Part shown: positions 20,823-31,158 of the stretch, one piece after another
Layout: each line of letters opens with the position of its first letter
Position numbering within the stretch: the first letter of the stretch is position 1
From: Myxococcota bacterium
GTDB lineage: Bacteria > Myxococcota_A > UBA796 > CAJQPC01
Length of the DNA: 64,000 nucleotides
Direction: 5' to 3'
NCBI GenBank assembly: GCA_036229005.1
Contig: JAZAMN010000052.1
Location: 288,001-352,000 of the forward strand
Position numbers and translations under genes: made by a program
The notes under the pieces: model-generated
The model's database searches: none
Told to the model about the DNA's origin: nothing
Seen by the model: only the letters and a program-made list of their open reading frames with translations

Positions 20823-21255
20823 CCAGATCACCCAAGAGATGAAGACCGCGATGAAGGCCAAGGACAAGGAGCGCCTGGCCGCGATTCGCCTGATCCGCGC
20901 GCGGATCATCGAGCTGTCCAAGGAGGGCGGCGATTTCGGCGATGCAGACGTGGTCAAGGCCCTGCGCTCCATGGTGAAGCAGCGCAAGGACGCCGCCCAG
21001 CAGTACGTGGATGGCGGCCGCCCTGAGCTGGCCGAGACCGAGCTCTACGAGGTCTCCGTCATCGAGGACTTCCTGCCCAAGCTGGCCGACGAGGCCACCA
21101 CCCAGAAGTGGGTGCAGGAGGCCATCGCCTCCAGCGGCGCGAGCTCCCCCAAGGACATGGGGCGCGCAATGGGCGCTCTCATGAAGGCCCACAAGGACGA
21201 GGTGGACGGTGGGCTGGCCCGCAAGCTGCTCTCCACCGCTCTGAGCGAGGCCTGA
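20809..21255 (+). CDS. yqeY: GatB/YqeY domain protein
   Basis: MKTAMKAKDKERL, KQRKDA, KDMGRAMG motifs. Confidence 0.92.
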   Translation: MALVDQITQEMKTAMKAKDKERLAAIRLIRARIIELSKEGGDFGDADVVKALRSMVKQRKDAAQQYVDGGRPELAETELYEVSVIEDFLPKLADEATTQKWVQEAIASSGASSPKDMGRAMGALMKAHKDEVDGGLARKLLSTALSEA

Positions 21256-22617
21256 ATGTTCCGACGCCTGCTGATCGCGAACCGCGGCGAGGTCGCCGTG
21301 CGTGTGCTCGAGACCTGTGAACGCCTGGGCGTGCAAGTCGTCGCGGTGACCTCGCAGGCGGACGATTCCCTGGGGTGGCTGGGCCGCGCGAGCCAGGTGG
21401 TGTGCCTGGGACCTGCGCGCTCCAGCCAGTCCTACCTCGACCAGGACAACCTGCTCCAGGCCGCCCTCCAGACCGGGGCGACGGCCATCCATCCGGGGTG
21501 GGGCTTTCTGGCGGAGAACGCGGACTTCGCGGCCCGCTGCGAGGCTCTGGGGCTCACCTTCGTGGGACCGGGGCCCGCGGTCATCCGCAGGATGGGGGAC
21601 AAGATCGAGGCACGGGAGACCATGTCCGCGCTGGGCATGCCCCTGATCCCGGGCTCCCCCGGAGAGGTCGTGGACATCGACGCCGCTCGCACAGAGGCCG
21701 AGCGCATCGGCTACCCCGTGCTGCTCAAGGCGGCCGCTGGCGGTGGCGGGCGCGGCATGCGGCGGGTCTTCGAGCCCGAGGGCCTGGAGGAGGGCTTCCA
21801 GTCGGCCTCCGGCGAGAGCGTCGCGGCCTTCGGGAACGGCGCGCTCTACATGGAGCGGCTGATCGTGGGCGGCCGACACATCGAGTTCCAGGTGCTGGTG
21901 GACGCATTCGGGAACGCCATGCACCTGGGGGAGCGGGAGTGCTCGATCCAGCGGCGCCACCAGAAGCTCATCGAGGAGAGCCCGAGTCCGGCCATCAGCG
22001 CCGAGCAGCGGGCCGAGATGGGCCAGCGGGTCGCCGAGATCGCCGCCAAGGCGGGCTACCGGAACGCCGGCACGGTGGAGATGCTGCGGGATGGGACCAG
22101 CGGCGAGCTCTTCTTCATGGAGATGAACACCCGCCTGCAGGTGGAGCACTCGGTCACGGAGATGGTCACCGGGCTGGACCTTGTGGAGCTGCAGCTACGC
22201 ATCGCCGCCAACGAGCCCCTGGACATCGAGCCGCCAGAGCTGCAGGGCCACGCCATCGAGGCCCGCATCAACGCCGAGGATCCGGAGCGGGACTTCCTGC
22301 CCTCGCCGGGGACCATCACCCGCTTGGTGTGGCCGCAAGGAGAGGGGATCCGGGTGGACTCCCACCTCCAGGAGGGGGACGCGATCTCTCCTCACTACGA
22401 CTCGATGATCGCCAAGGTCATCGCGCACGGGGCGGACCGCCAGCAGGCCATCGAGCGCCTCAAGGCCGCGCTGTCCCAGATGGTCGTCGAGGGCGTGGAG
22501 ACCACCATCCCGCTGCACCTGCGCATCCTCGACAACGCCGAGTTCGTGTCCGGCGACTACGACACGACCACCCTGACCCGCATGCTGGAGGCCGAGCGTG
22601 GCTCGAACCCCTCTTGA
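21256..22617 (+). CDS. accC: Biotin carboxylase subunit of an acyl-CoA carboxylase
   Basis: [55 protein letters not shown]. Confidence 0.93.
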   Translation: MFRRLLIANRGEVAVRVLETCERLGVQVVAVTSQADDSLGWLGRASQVVCLGPARSSQSYLDQDNLLQAALQTGATAIHPGWGFLAENADFAARCEALGLTFVGPGPAVIRRMGDKIEARETMSALGMPLIPGSPGEVVDIDAARTEAERIGYPVLLKAAAGGGGRGMRRVFEPEGLEEGFQSASGESVAAFGNGALYMERLIVGGRHIEFQVLVDAFGNAMHLGERECSIQRRHQKLIEESPSPAISAEQRAEMGQRVAEIAAKAGYRNAGTVEMLRDGTSGELFFMEMNTRLQVEHSVTEMVTGLDLVELQLRIAANEPLDIEPPELQGHAIEARINAEDPERDFLPSPGTITRLVWPQGEGIRVDSHLQEGDAISPHYDSMIAKVIAHGADRQQAIERLKAALSQMVVEGVETTIPLHLRILDNAEFVSGDYDTTTLTRMLEAERGSNPS

Positions 22618-24322
22618 GCGCCTCGGCGCGCCCATCGACGAGATCCTGGACGCCAAGAGCCGCCAGGCGAACGCCGGCAAGATGGCCGCGCTCGACGACG
22701 CTCTGGCCCAGAAGCTGGAGACCGTCCGCCAAGGCTGGGGCCCCAAGTACGCCGACCGGGTGCACGCCAAGGGCAAGCTGACCACCTGGGAGCGCCTGGA
22801 CGCCTTGCGCGACCCGGACAGCCCCGTCCACGCCCTGGGCTCCCTGGTCAACTGGGGGCGCCGCTTCGGCAAGCGAGAAGCGCCGGGGGCTGGCCTGGTC
22901 ACCGCGCTCGTGCGCATCGAGGGCCGCTGGTGTGTGGTCATCGCCAACGACAACACCGTCGCGAGCGGGAGCTGGTGGCCTCGCAGCCCCGAGAAGATCC
23001 AGCGCGCCCAGGACATCGCCCTGCGCCTGCGTCTGCCGGTGGTCTACCTGGTGGACTGCAGCGGGCTCTACCTGCCCGAGCAGGCCGAGTCCTTCCCCGG
23101 TCGCACCGGCGCCGGTCACATCTTCAAGAAGAACGCCGAGCTCTCCGCGGCGGGCGTCCCCCAGGTCGCCGGGGTGTTCGGGGACTCCATCGCCGGCGGC
23201 GGGTACATGCCCATCATCAGCGACCGGGTCTACATGACCGAGCAGGCCTACATGGTCATCGCTGGCGCCGCGCTGATCCAGGGGGCCAAGTCCCTCAAGC
23301 TCACCAGCCTGGACATCGGCGGGGCGGAGGTCCACGTGGGCCGCTCCGGCTGCGCGGACGTGCGGGTCCCCGACGATCCCACCTGCATCCGCATGCTCCG
23401 CCAGGAGATCGCCCGCCTCCCGGGCTCCGCGGTCGACTACTACCGCCACGGCGCCGACGCGATGGCCCCCGCCCTGGACCCCCAGGAGCTCTCCGAGCTC
23501 TTCCCCGTCGACCACCGCCAGGTCTATGACCCGCGTCAGGTCGTCGCGCGGCTGGTGGACGGCTCGCTCTTCCATGAGCTCATGCCGGACCGCGGCCAGG
23601 AGGTCATCGTCGGGCTCGCCCGGATCTCCGGGCTGTGGGTGGGCCTGCTGATGATGAACCCCCAGCTCACCGAGCACCCCGAGCGCCCCGGCGAGATGCG
23701 GGCCGGCGGGATCCTCTACCGCGACGGCATCGCCAAGCTCTCCACCTTCGCCCGCGCCTGCGAGTCGGACGGCGTGCCCATGTTCTGGCTCCAGGACATC
23801 GCCGGCTTCGACATCGGCGTGGAGGCCGAGGCCATGGGGCTCCTGGGCTACGGCAGCTCGCTCATCTACGCAAACTCCACCGCCCGCACCCCCATGTTCA
23901 CGGTGCTGCTCCGGAAGGCCAGCGGCGCCGGGTACTACGCGATGGCGGGGCACCCCTATGAGCCCATCGTGCAGCTCAGCACCCCCATCACCCGACAGGC
24001 CGTGATGGAGGGCCGCACCCTGGCGATCGCCGCCTACAACACCAAGCTGGACGACAACTTCGAGATCGCCACCCAGGACCCCGCCGAGCGCGCGGAGATC
24101 CAGGCCGGCATGGCCCAGACCGCCGCCCGGATCGAGGCGGACATGGACCCCGTCGCCAGCGCCGCCCGCATGGACACCGACGAGGTCGTCCCCCTCAGCG
24201 AGCTCCGCCCCTGGCTCGAGGCCCTGGCCGAGGCCAGCTACCAGTCCATCGGCTACCGCACCATCAAGAACCCCCGCATCTGGTCGCTGCACGACCTGGA
24301 GGCGCTGCTCCGATGCCGCTGA
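22598..24322 (+). CDS. Acyl-CoA carboxylase carboxyltransferase (fused beta-type) subunit
   Basis: [41 protein letters not shown]. Confidence 0.9.
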   Translation: MARTPLERLGAPIDEILDAKSRQANAGKMAALDDALAQKLETVRQGWGPKYADRVHAKGKLTTWERLDALRDPDSPVHALGSLVNWGRRFGKREAPGAGLVTALVRIEGRWCVVIANDNTVASGSWWPRSPEKIQRAQDIALRLRLPVVYLVDCSGLYLPEQAESFPGRTGAGHIFKKNAELSAAGVPQVAGVFGDSIAGGGYMPIISDRVYMTEQAYMVIAGAALIQGAKSLKLTSLDIGGAEVHVGRSGCADVRVPDDPTCIRMLRQEIARLPGSAVDYYRHGADAMAPALDPQELSELFPVDHRQVYDPRQVVARLVDGSLFHELMPDRGQEVIVGLARISGLWVGLLMMNPQLTEHPERPGEMRAGGILYRDGIAKLSTFARACESDGVPMFWLQDIAGFDIGVEAEAMGLLGYGSSLIYANSTARTPMFTVLLRKASGAGYYAMAGHPYEPIVQLSTPITRQAVMEGRTLAIAAYNTKLDDNFEIATQDPAERAEIQAGMAQTAARIEADMDPVASAARMDTDEVVPLSELRPWLEALAEASYQSIGYRTIKNPRIWSLHDLEALLRCR

Positions 24323-24834
24323 CCGCCACCTTCCAGGACCAGAAGCTGCTCTCGCCCGCCGTCGGGCGCTGGGTCCCCACGTTGCCTGTTGGGGCCAGCC
24401 TTCGCCCCGGAATGGAGGTCGGCTACATCGAGCGCCTCGGCCGCCGCCTGCCTGTCGTAGCGGGGCAGGGGAGCGGGAGCGTGAAGGCCTGGCTTGGCCC
24501 CGCGATGGTCGACTACGGCGCCCCCATCCTGGAGCTCGGAGAGGCCCAGGAGCAGGCGGTCGAGGAGGCTGAGAATGCCGCCAGCACAGAAGGGCTCACC
24601 GCTGTCAAAGCCCCGATGGCTGGCACCGTCTACCTGGCACCCGGCCCCGGCGAGGACAACTTCGTGCAGACCGGCCAGGCCGTCGCCAAGAACGCCCGCG
24701 TCGCCCTCATCGAGGTCATGAAGACCTTCACCCCCATCACGGCTCCCCAGGGCGGCGTGCTCGAGCGGCTGGCCGTCCAGGACGGCGACACCGTGGACGC
24801 CGGCGCGCCCGTCGCGTGGCTGCGGCCCGAGTAG
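24313..24834 (+). CDS. accB: Biotin carboxyl carrier protein
   Basis: APMAGTVY and biotinylation motif EVMK; extra N-terminal biotinyl-like domain. Confidence 0.88.
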   Translation: MPLTATFQDQKLLSPAVGRWVPTLPVGASLRPGMEVGYIERLGRRLPVVAGQGSGSVKAWLGPAMVDYGAPILELGEAQEQAVEEAENAASTEGLTAVKAPMAGTVYLAPGPGEDNFVQTGQAVAKNARVALIEVMKTFTPITAPQGGVLERLAVQDGDTVDAGAPVAWLRPE

Positions 24835-24848
24835 GGTAGGATCCCCCC

Positions 24849-25850
24849 ATGCGTGCCTTTCTCCCTCACATCGCCGGCCTGAGCCTCTGCGCTCTGCTGG
24901 CCCTGGCTCCCTCTCAGGCCTCCGCCGCCTGCGAGGCCATGTACAGCGACGACGCCCTGCTGGTCGACATCCAGACCATGGCGGGCGCCCTGCGGGAGCA
25001 CGACGCGGCCGCCCTCAAGGGCACCGGTGACGCCATGAAGGCCGGGCTGGGGTGCATGCGCGCGCCCATGCCGCCAGCGCTCTTTGCCACCGTGTACCGC
25101 ATGCTCGGCGTCTCGGAGTTTGAGAACGGGAACGCGGAGGAGGCCCACAAGTGGTTCCTCAGCGCGACCGAGCTGGACCCCACCCACGAGTGGGACATCC
25201 AGGACGTCGCGCCCGGCAGCCCGCTCTTCGACGCCTACGACAAGGCCCGGGCCCAGAGTGGAGCCAGCCCCGTGGCGGTCGAGGGTCTGGAGCTCAACGC
25301 TCCGGCCGGTAGCACCCTCTACATCGACGGTCGACCTCTGGACGCCGCCGAGGCCACGCTGGGCCGCTACCACCTGCTCCAGCAGGTCTCCAATGGACAG
25401 GTCCGCGCCTCCTGGCTGATCGAGGGGAACGCCTTCCCCGAGAAGCTGCTGCGCGAGCCCACGCTCTCCCGCAACGAGGAGAAGGCGGCCGAAGACGCCG
25501 AGCGGGACGCTCAGAAGCGTGGCCGCAAGGAGGCCGAGGTGCTGGCCGGTGGCTACACCACCGATGAGGTCGTCGCCGTCAAGCGGGAGACCCCCAAGGC
25601 CAAGGTCCCGCTGATCGCTGCAGGCGCGGTCGGACTCCTGGCCGCCGGCGGCGTCTACGGCGCCAGCTACATGACGGCCCAGCAGTTCGAGCAGGCCGCC
25701 ACCACCGACGAGGTCCTGGCCGTCCAGCAACTCACCAACACCCTGGTGATCGCCTCTGGCGGGGTGCTGCTCGCCGGCGCCGGCGTGGGCGTGTGGGGCA
25801 TCCTGATCGACGACTCGGCGCCCCAGCCGCCCGTCAGCAGCGACTGGTAG
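24849..25850 (+). CDS. Secreted/membrane-anchored hypothetical protein
   Basis: Signal peptide ending ASA; TPR-like helix; PEGA-like LYIDG segment; two C-terminal hydrophobic helices. Confidence 0.65.
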   Translation: MRAFLPHIAGLSLCALLALAPSQASAACEAMYSDDALLVDIQTMAGALREHDAAALKGTGDAMKAGLGCMRAPMPPALFATVYRMLGVSEFENGNAEEAHKWFLSATELDPTHEWDIQDVAPGSPLFDAYDKARAQSGASPVAVEGLELNAPAGSTLYIDGRPLDAAEATLGRYHLLQQVSNGQVRASWLIEGNAFPEKLLREPTLSRNEEKAAEDAERDAQKRGRKEAEVLAGGYTTDEVVAVKRETPKAKVPLIAAGAVGLLAAGGVYGASYMTAQQFEQAATTDEVLAVQQLTNTLVIASGGVLLAGAGVGVWGILIDDSAPQPPVSSDW

Positions 25851-25872
25851 CCCTCAGGCGCTCAGCGGCGGT

Positions 25873-26451
25873 CTACTGACCTCGCTCCCACAGCGACTCC
25901 GGCTCCCCCAGGGCCTGGGCTGCCCAGCGGCCCAGGACGAACAGGAAGTCGGACAGGCGGTTCAGGTAGCGCATGGCGTCGTCCTCGACGCCCTCCTCCT
26001 GCTCCATCAGGGTGATGCAGCGGCGCTCCGCCCGACGGCACACCGTCCGGGCCTGGTGCAGGAACGCGCCCACCTTGCCGCCGCCGGGCAGGATGAACTC
26101 GGTCAGCGGGCCCAGGTCTCCGTTGAGGCTGTCGATCCAGTCCTCCAAGCGCTTGACGTCTTCGGGGCCTGCGCGGACCATGCCCTCCCAGCGGCTCTCG
26201 GCGGGGGTTGCGAGATCGGAGCCCAGGTTGAAGAGATCGTTCTGGATCCGATGCAGCATGGTGTCGATCCGCTGCGTGCGCTCCGAGCTGCTGCTGTTGT
26301 TGAAGCTGCGCACGATCCCCAAGATCGCGTTGAGCTCGTCCACAGTGCCGTAGGCCTCGATGCGGTGGTGGTCCTTGGAGACCCGCTTGCCCCCGACCAA
26401 GCTGGTTTGTCCCTTGTCTCCACCCCGGGTGTAGACCTTCGTGATGCGCAT
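25873..26451 (-). CDS. pduO: ATP:cob(I)alamin adenosyltransferase (PduO/MMAB type)
   Basis: KVYTRGGDKGQTSL, YGTVDELN, FILPGG, RTVCRRAER, YLNRLSDFLF. Confidence 0.93.
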   Translation of the reverse strand: MRITKVYTRGGDKGQTSLVGGKRVSKDHHRIEAYGTVDELNAILGIVRSFNNSSSSERTQRIDTMLHRIQNDLFNLGSDLATPAESRWEGMVRAGPEDVKRLEDWIDSLNGDLGPLTEFILPGGGKVGAFLHQARTVCRRAERRCITLMEQEEGVEDDAMRYLNRLSDFLFVLGRWAAQALGEPESLWERGQ

Positions 26452-26500
26452 GCTCGTCCGTCCTTGTGCGGGAGGCGGTTAGGGGACGAATCCCAAAGAG

Positions 26501-27316
26501 GTGCACGTGCAGTTGAAGATTCAGGGCCTGCGGAGCTCGGACGCTCTCTCTCTCTCCATCATGTGTCAGGACGTGGTCCGGCAGCCCCTGGTGGAGATCC
26601 ACCCCGAGACGGTCTGCGACCTGCTGCAGCTCTCGGTGACCGAGGGCCTCGAGGCTCAGATGCGCCAGGACCTGAGCCGCTTCGCGCCGCAGATGTTGCG
26701 GGAGATGGGGGATCTGCCCGACTCGATGCTCCCGGCCTTCCTCAAGGAGCTGGGAAAGGTCCCTGCTGAGAACATCCCCCAGAGCGTACGCGACGCCATC
26801 ACGGCGCGCTCCGAGGGCAGCAAGCACCCCGAGGTCGTGAAGGCCTGGGGCGCGCTGAAGTCCCACCTGGACAGCGCAGAGGTCGAGGAGATCCAGCTTG
26901 GGGGCGCCGCCAAGCACGTGAGCGTGCACACCTACGATGTCCCCGACAGCCACAAGGCACCCGATGAGCGCAGCCACAAGCAGCGCCGGCGCCGCAAGTC
27001 GGCGGCAGGGGGCGACGACGAGCAGGAAGCCAGCAGCTCCAAGCGGGGCTCGGATGAGTCCACCAGCTCCTACAACGCGCGCATGCGCAACCCCAAGCGG
27101 GTCCGCGACCCTGAGCGCGAGGTCTGGCTGCGCAAGGCGATCCTGGCGCGCCTGAGCGAGGCCCAGGGTGGCATCAAGCAGACCCTGCTGGTGGCCGGGA
27201 TGGTGCGCCGCTCTCCGTGGCCGGATCTGAGCCCGGAGGAGGTCGTCAGCGCGCTGCGGGGCCTCGGGAAGGAAGGCCGCGCCCGCCTGAGCGTTGGGCG
27301 CTGGAAGAAGGCCTGA
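26501..27316 (+). CDS. Hypothetical protein with basic linker and possible C-terminal winged-helix
   Basis: Coding-like codon usage; C-terminal helix-helix-wing pattern ending GRWKKA; start may be GTG 26507. Confidence 0.6.
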   Translation: MHVQLKIQGLRSSDALSLSIMCQDVVRQPLVEIHPETVCDLLQLSVTEGLEAQMRQDLSRFAPQMLREMGDLPDSMLPAFLKELGKVPAENIPQSVRDAITARSEGSKHPEVVKAWGALKSHLDSAEVEEIQLGGAAKHVSVHTYDVPDSHKAPDERSHKQRRRRKSAAGGDDEQEASSSKRGSDESTSSYNARMRNPKRVRDPEREVWLRKAILARLSEAQGGIKQTLLVAGMVRRSPWPDLSPEEVVSALRGLGKEGRARLSVGRWKKA

Positions 27317-27321
27317 GCGCC

Positions 27322-27350
27322 TTGCCGCCCGGCTCTGGAGAGCTTAGGGT
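27322..27350 (+). promoter_or_regulatory. Putative sigma70 promoter of tRNA-Leu
   Basis: TTGCCG - 17 nt - TAGGGT, 11 nt before the tRNA 5' end. Confidence 0.5.
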
Positions 27351-27361
27351 GGCATGACCAC

Positions 27362-27444
27362 GGGGATGTGGCGGAATCGGTAGACGCGCTCGATTCAAAA
27401 TCGAGTGGCCTCAGGTCGTGAGGGTTCGAGTCCCTCCATCCCTA
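27362..27444 (+). tRNA. tRNA-Leu (anticodon CAA); CCA not encoded
   Basis: Acceptor GGGGATG/CATCCCT, anticodon stem CTCGA/TCGAG with loop TTCAAAA, long variable arm, T-arm GAGGG-TTCGAGT-CCCTC. Confidence 0.96.
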
Positions 27445-27531
27445 CTTTCAAGTTTGTGGGCCCGGCGCACGCGCGGGCCACTGGACGGGGGCCGTACGGC
27501 ACGGCCCGTCCCCGGTCTAAAGTGTGGGGCA

Positions 27532-30500
27532 GTGAGCACACTTCCGCTGCAACTGGGTCCCTTCACGCTTCTCGAGCGCATCGGTCGAGGTGGCATGGGG
27601 GACGTCTGGCGGGGCGAGCACCGAGGCAAGGGCCAGGAGGTCGCGCTCAAGGTGGTCGCCCTGCAGGAGGGCACGGGCCGCAGCCTGGAGGCCTTCCGGC
27701 GCGAGGTCCGGGCGGTCGCCGCGCTGGACCACGCCGGCATCATCCGGGTCCACGATCACGGCCTGGTCCGCCCTGCGCTCGTCGAGCAGAGTGGGGGGCT
27801 GCTCCTGGCGGACAGCGCCTGGCTGGCCATGGAGCTGGCGGACGGTGGCGCGCTCTCCAGCTTCCGGGGGCGGCTGTCCTGGCCCGTGCTCCGGCGCCTG
27901 CTGCTCTCGCTGCTTGACGCCCTGGCGCATGCGCACGCCCGCGGGGTGATCCACCGGGATCTCAAGCCCTCCAACGTGCTCTTTGGCGGTCCGGGTGGGG
28001 AGCAGCTCAAGCTCTCCGACTTCGGCCTCGCGCACGCGCTGGGGCGGCCCCACGGCTCCACATCCATGGCCGGAACCCCCGCCTATATGGCGCCCGAACA
28101 GTTCCTGGGTCGGTGGCGCGCCTTCGGCCCCTGGACCGACCTCTACGCGCTGGGCTGCACCTGCTGGGAGCTCGTGACCGGGACGCCCCCCTTCTCGGGG
28201 CGGGAGCTGAGTCAGCAGATGCAGGCCCACCTGCAGCAGGAGCCCCCCGCCCTGCAAGCTCTGATCACGGTCCCCCCTGAGCTGGAGTCCTGGCTCCGGC
28301 GCCTGCTCGCAAAGCGCCCTGAAGACCGCTTCCAGCGAGCGGCGGATGCGGCCTGGGCGCTGATGGGGCTGTCGGAGGTCGGGGGGCCGCCCGAAGGGGG
28401 GCTGGTGCTGGGGGGACCTCGCCCCACCCAGGATCTGCCTCAGCAGTCCGTCGCGCTGACCTGGGTCAGTGAGGTGATCGGTCAGACCCTCGTGCCCCCA
28501 CAAGCCCCTCCTCGCCTGCCGATGCCCCCGCTGGTGAGCTCCGGCCCGCTGATGGAGCGCGTCCTGCCGCCGCTCCCTGACACCCCTGGGGCCCACGCCG
28601 GGGCTGCTCAGGGGACCCCGGGGCTCGGGCTGCTGGGCCTGCGCACGCTGCCGCTGTTGGACCGGGAGGACGAGCGCGCGTGGCTCTGGAAGCAGCTCCG
28701 TGGCCGGGTCGAAGACGGTCAGCCTCACATGGTCGTGCTCCGGGGGCCCGCGGGCATCGGGAAGAGCCGCCTCTGTGCCTGGCTGAGCGAGCGCGCGCAC
28801 GAGCTGGGGGTCGCCCAGGTCTTCTACGCGCACCACACGCCGACTGGGGGCCCGGCAGAGGGGCTCACCGGCATGGTCGCCCGGCACCTGCACGCCGCGG
28901 GGCTGTCTCGCCAGGGCCTGCGCTCCAGCCTGGAGGAGCGCATGGGGGACACGGAGGCCCTCCGGCTGGAGGCGCTCGCCCTCACGGAGCTCCTGCGTCC
29001 GATGGAGCCGGGCGGCGGACTGCGCTCGGCCCGTGAGCGCCACGCCCTGGTGCGGGGTGTCCTGGAGCGCGCTCAGGGGCAGGGGCTGGAGCAGGGGCGG
29101 CGGGTGATCCTGCTGTGGCTCGACGATGTGCAGTGGGGCCGGGATGCGCTGCACTTTGCCGGCAGACTGCTCACCGAGGCGGGCTTTGATCGCCTCCCGG
29201 TCCTGATCCTGGCGACCGCTCGCACCGAAGCGCTGGTGGAGAGCCCCGCCGCTGAGGCCCTGTTGAACCAGGTCCTGCCCTTGCCGCGGGTCTCCGTGCG
29301 CGACATCGGTCCGCTCCCCCCAGACGACCAGCAGGCCCTGGTTCGGCACGAACTCGGTGTCGGCGGCGCGCTCGCGCAGGCGATCGAGGCCCGCAGCGCC
29401 GGGAACCCGCTCTTTGCCCAGCAGCTCGTCGGGGATCTGGTCGAGCGGGGGCAGCTCGTCGAGGGAGACGGCGGCTTTGAGCTGCGAGAGGGGGCTGAGC
29501 TGCGGCTCCCAGACGACCTGTACACCGTCTGGGGTGAGCGGGTGCGCGAGCTCCTCGTCGATCGTCCCTTCGTCGAGGACGTGCTGCTCTCGATCGCCGC
29601 CGCGCTGGGCTCGGACGTCGTGACCCGGGAGTGGCTGCTGGCCGCTCGCGCCTGGGGGCTCACCGGGGACCGCCTGGAGGCCGTCAGCGCCGGGCTCGTC
29701 GAGCGCCTGACGCGCCGCAGCCTCGCCCGCCGGAGCACGGACGGGTGGCGCTTTGTGCACGGGATGCTGCGAGACGCCATCCTGCGGCGGGCCGAAGAGG
29801 CGGGGCAGCTTGGGCTCCTGCACCTGGCCTGCGCGCGCGCCCTGGAGCAGCGCTACGGGGATGCGCCCGACCTCCAGGCGCGCCTGGCCCAGCACTTCAT
29901 GGGTGCGGAGCACTACCAGGAGGCCATCAGCCCCTTGGAGCGCGCCTTCCGCTACGCGCGCCGCTTGTCGGATCTGGAGTCGGTGACCTCGCTGGTGGAC
30001 GCCCGGGAAGAGGCGCTGCTGGGGGCACAGATCCGGGAGGTTGACCCCCGATGGATCGAAGGCCTGCTCGCCCGCTCCTTCGTCCTCCGCGCCGCAGGCC
30101 GCTTCGAGGACTCCCGGGAGGTCCTGGAGCAGGCGCTCGCGCTCGCGCAGGAGGCCAGGGACCCAGCCTTCGAGATCCGCATCGGCCGTCACCTTGCCGA
30201 GTCCATGCGCCAACAGGGCCTGGCCGCAGAGGCGGAGGCCCGCTTCGCCGCGCTGCTCCCGCTGGCCCAGGAGTTCGGGGACCTCCGGCTCACCGCGCTG
30301 ATCATGGAGGGGCTCGCCAACTGCGCGCGTGTGCTGCTCCGTGTGGACGAGGCCCGGGACCACATCCTGGCCGCTCAGCGCCTCTACCTGGAGGTCGGGG
30401 ATACGGCGGGGGAGGCCACCTGTCGGCGGGGGCTCGGAAACCTGGCGCGCAGTCAAGGGGACCTGCGCAGCGCTCAGGTCGAGGTGGGCCGCGCGCTCAT

Positions 30501-31062
30501 CATCTTCGAGCGCCTGGGTGAGCGCCTGGGGATGGCCAACTGCCTCAACGATCTCGGGGACTTCCACCGCTTCTCGGGTCGGCAAGGGGCCGCTCGGGAG
30601 CACTACCAGCGGGCACTGGCGCTCTACGAGAGCCTGGGCAGCTACGCCGCGCTCTACCCCCAGTTCAACCTCTGCCTGCTCCTGCTGGGGGAGGGGAGCT
30701 TCGGAGAGGCCCGCCGGCAGCTCTTGGCGCTCCGTGCGCGCTCGCGGCGCTCCGGCATCCTGGTCATGAACGGCTCCATCGCCCTCGCCCTGGCGGCTTG
30801 CGCGGCGGCCACCCACGACTGGGTCGACTACGACAAGCACCTGGGCGAGGGGAGGGCGGCGCTGGCCCGCAGCGGCGACATGGACCACGACAACGCCTGG
30901 CCAGCCCGGCTGGCTGGGGAGCTCGCGCTGCAGGCCGGGGAGACCGAGCGCGCCCTGACCGCGCTGACCATCGCCCGGGTGCAGTTCGACGCAATCGGGG
31001 CCGACGCGCTCGCTCGGGAGGTCCAGTCGCTGCTGGACTCTGCGGCTCCCATGGCGACCTGA
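27532..31062 (+). CDS. Ser/Thr protein kinase fused to STAND-type ATPase and TPR repeats
   Basis: GRGGMG, VALK, HRDLKPSN, DFG, APE; Walker A GPAGIGKS; Walker B LLWLDD; GNPLF; C-terminal TPRs. Confidence 0.9.
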   Translation: MSTLPLQLGPFTLLERIGRGGMGDVWRGEHRGKGQEVALKVVALQEGTGRSLEAFRREVRAVAALDHAGIIRVHDHGLVRPALVEQSGGLLLADSAWLAMELADGGALSSFRGRLSWPVLRRLLLSLLDALAHAHARGVIHRDLKPSNVLFGGPGGEQLKLSDFGLAHALGRPHGSTSMAGTPAYMAPEQFLGRWRAFGPWTDLYALGCTCWELVTGTPPFSGRELSQQMQAHLQQEPPALQALITVPPELESWLRRLLAKRPEDRFQRAADAAWALMGLSEVGGPPEGGLVLGGPRPTQDLPQQSVALTWVSEVIGQTLVPPQAPPRLPMPPLVSSGPLMERVLPPLPDTPGAHAGAAQGTPGLGLLGLRTLPLLDREDERAWLWKQLRGRVEDGQPHMVVLRGPAGIGKSRLCAWLSERAHELGVAQVFYAHHTPTGGPAEGLTGMVARHLHAAGLSRQGLRSSLEERMGDTEALRLEALALTELLRPMEPGGGLRSARERHALVRGVLERAQGQGLEQGRRVILLWLDDVQWGRDALHFAGRLLTEAGFDRLPVLILATARTEALVESPAAEALLNQVLPLPRVSVRDIGPLPPDDQQALVRHELGVGGALAQAIEARSAGNPLFAQQLVGDLVERGQLVEGDGGFELREGAELRLPDDLYTVWGERVRELLVDRPFVEDVLLSIAAALGSDVVTREWLLAARAWGLTGDRLEAVSAGLVERLTRRSLARRSTDGWRFVHGMLRDAILRRAEEAGQLGLLHLACARALEQRYGDAPDLQARLAQHFMGAEHYQEAISPLERAFRYARRLSDLESVTSLVDAREEALLGAQIREVDPRWIEGLLARSFVLRAAGRFEDSREVLEQALALAQEARDPAFEIRIGRHLAESMRQQGLAAEAEARFAALLPLAQEFGDLRLTALIMEGLANCARVLLRVDEARDHILAAQRLYLEVGDTAGEATCRRGLGNLARSQGDLRSAQVEVGRALIIFERLGERLGMANCLNDLGDFHRFSGRQGAAREHYQRALALYESLGSYAALYPQFNLCLLLLGEGSFGEARRQLLALRARSRRSGILVMNGSIALALAACAAATHDWVDYDKHLGEGRAALARSGDMDHDNAWPARLAGELALQAGETERALTALTIARVQFDAIGADALAREVQSLLDSAAPMAT

Positions 31063-31158
31063 AACGGGCCTGGGGCGCCGCCTGGCTGAGTGTCGCCCAA
31101 CCGTCACCACCCCCAGGGGCCCTCGGGCGGTACGTCTGCCATCCAATCGGAGGGCACC

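Noticed and set aside
27362..31100. Possible genomic island integrated at tRNA-Leu
   Set aside because: No integrase, no duplicated tRNA 3' end seen and no obvious compositional shift
31063..31158. Purine or ZTP riboswitch upstream of purC
   Set aside because: Could not match the conserved riboswitch cores by eye
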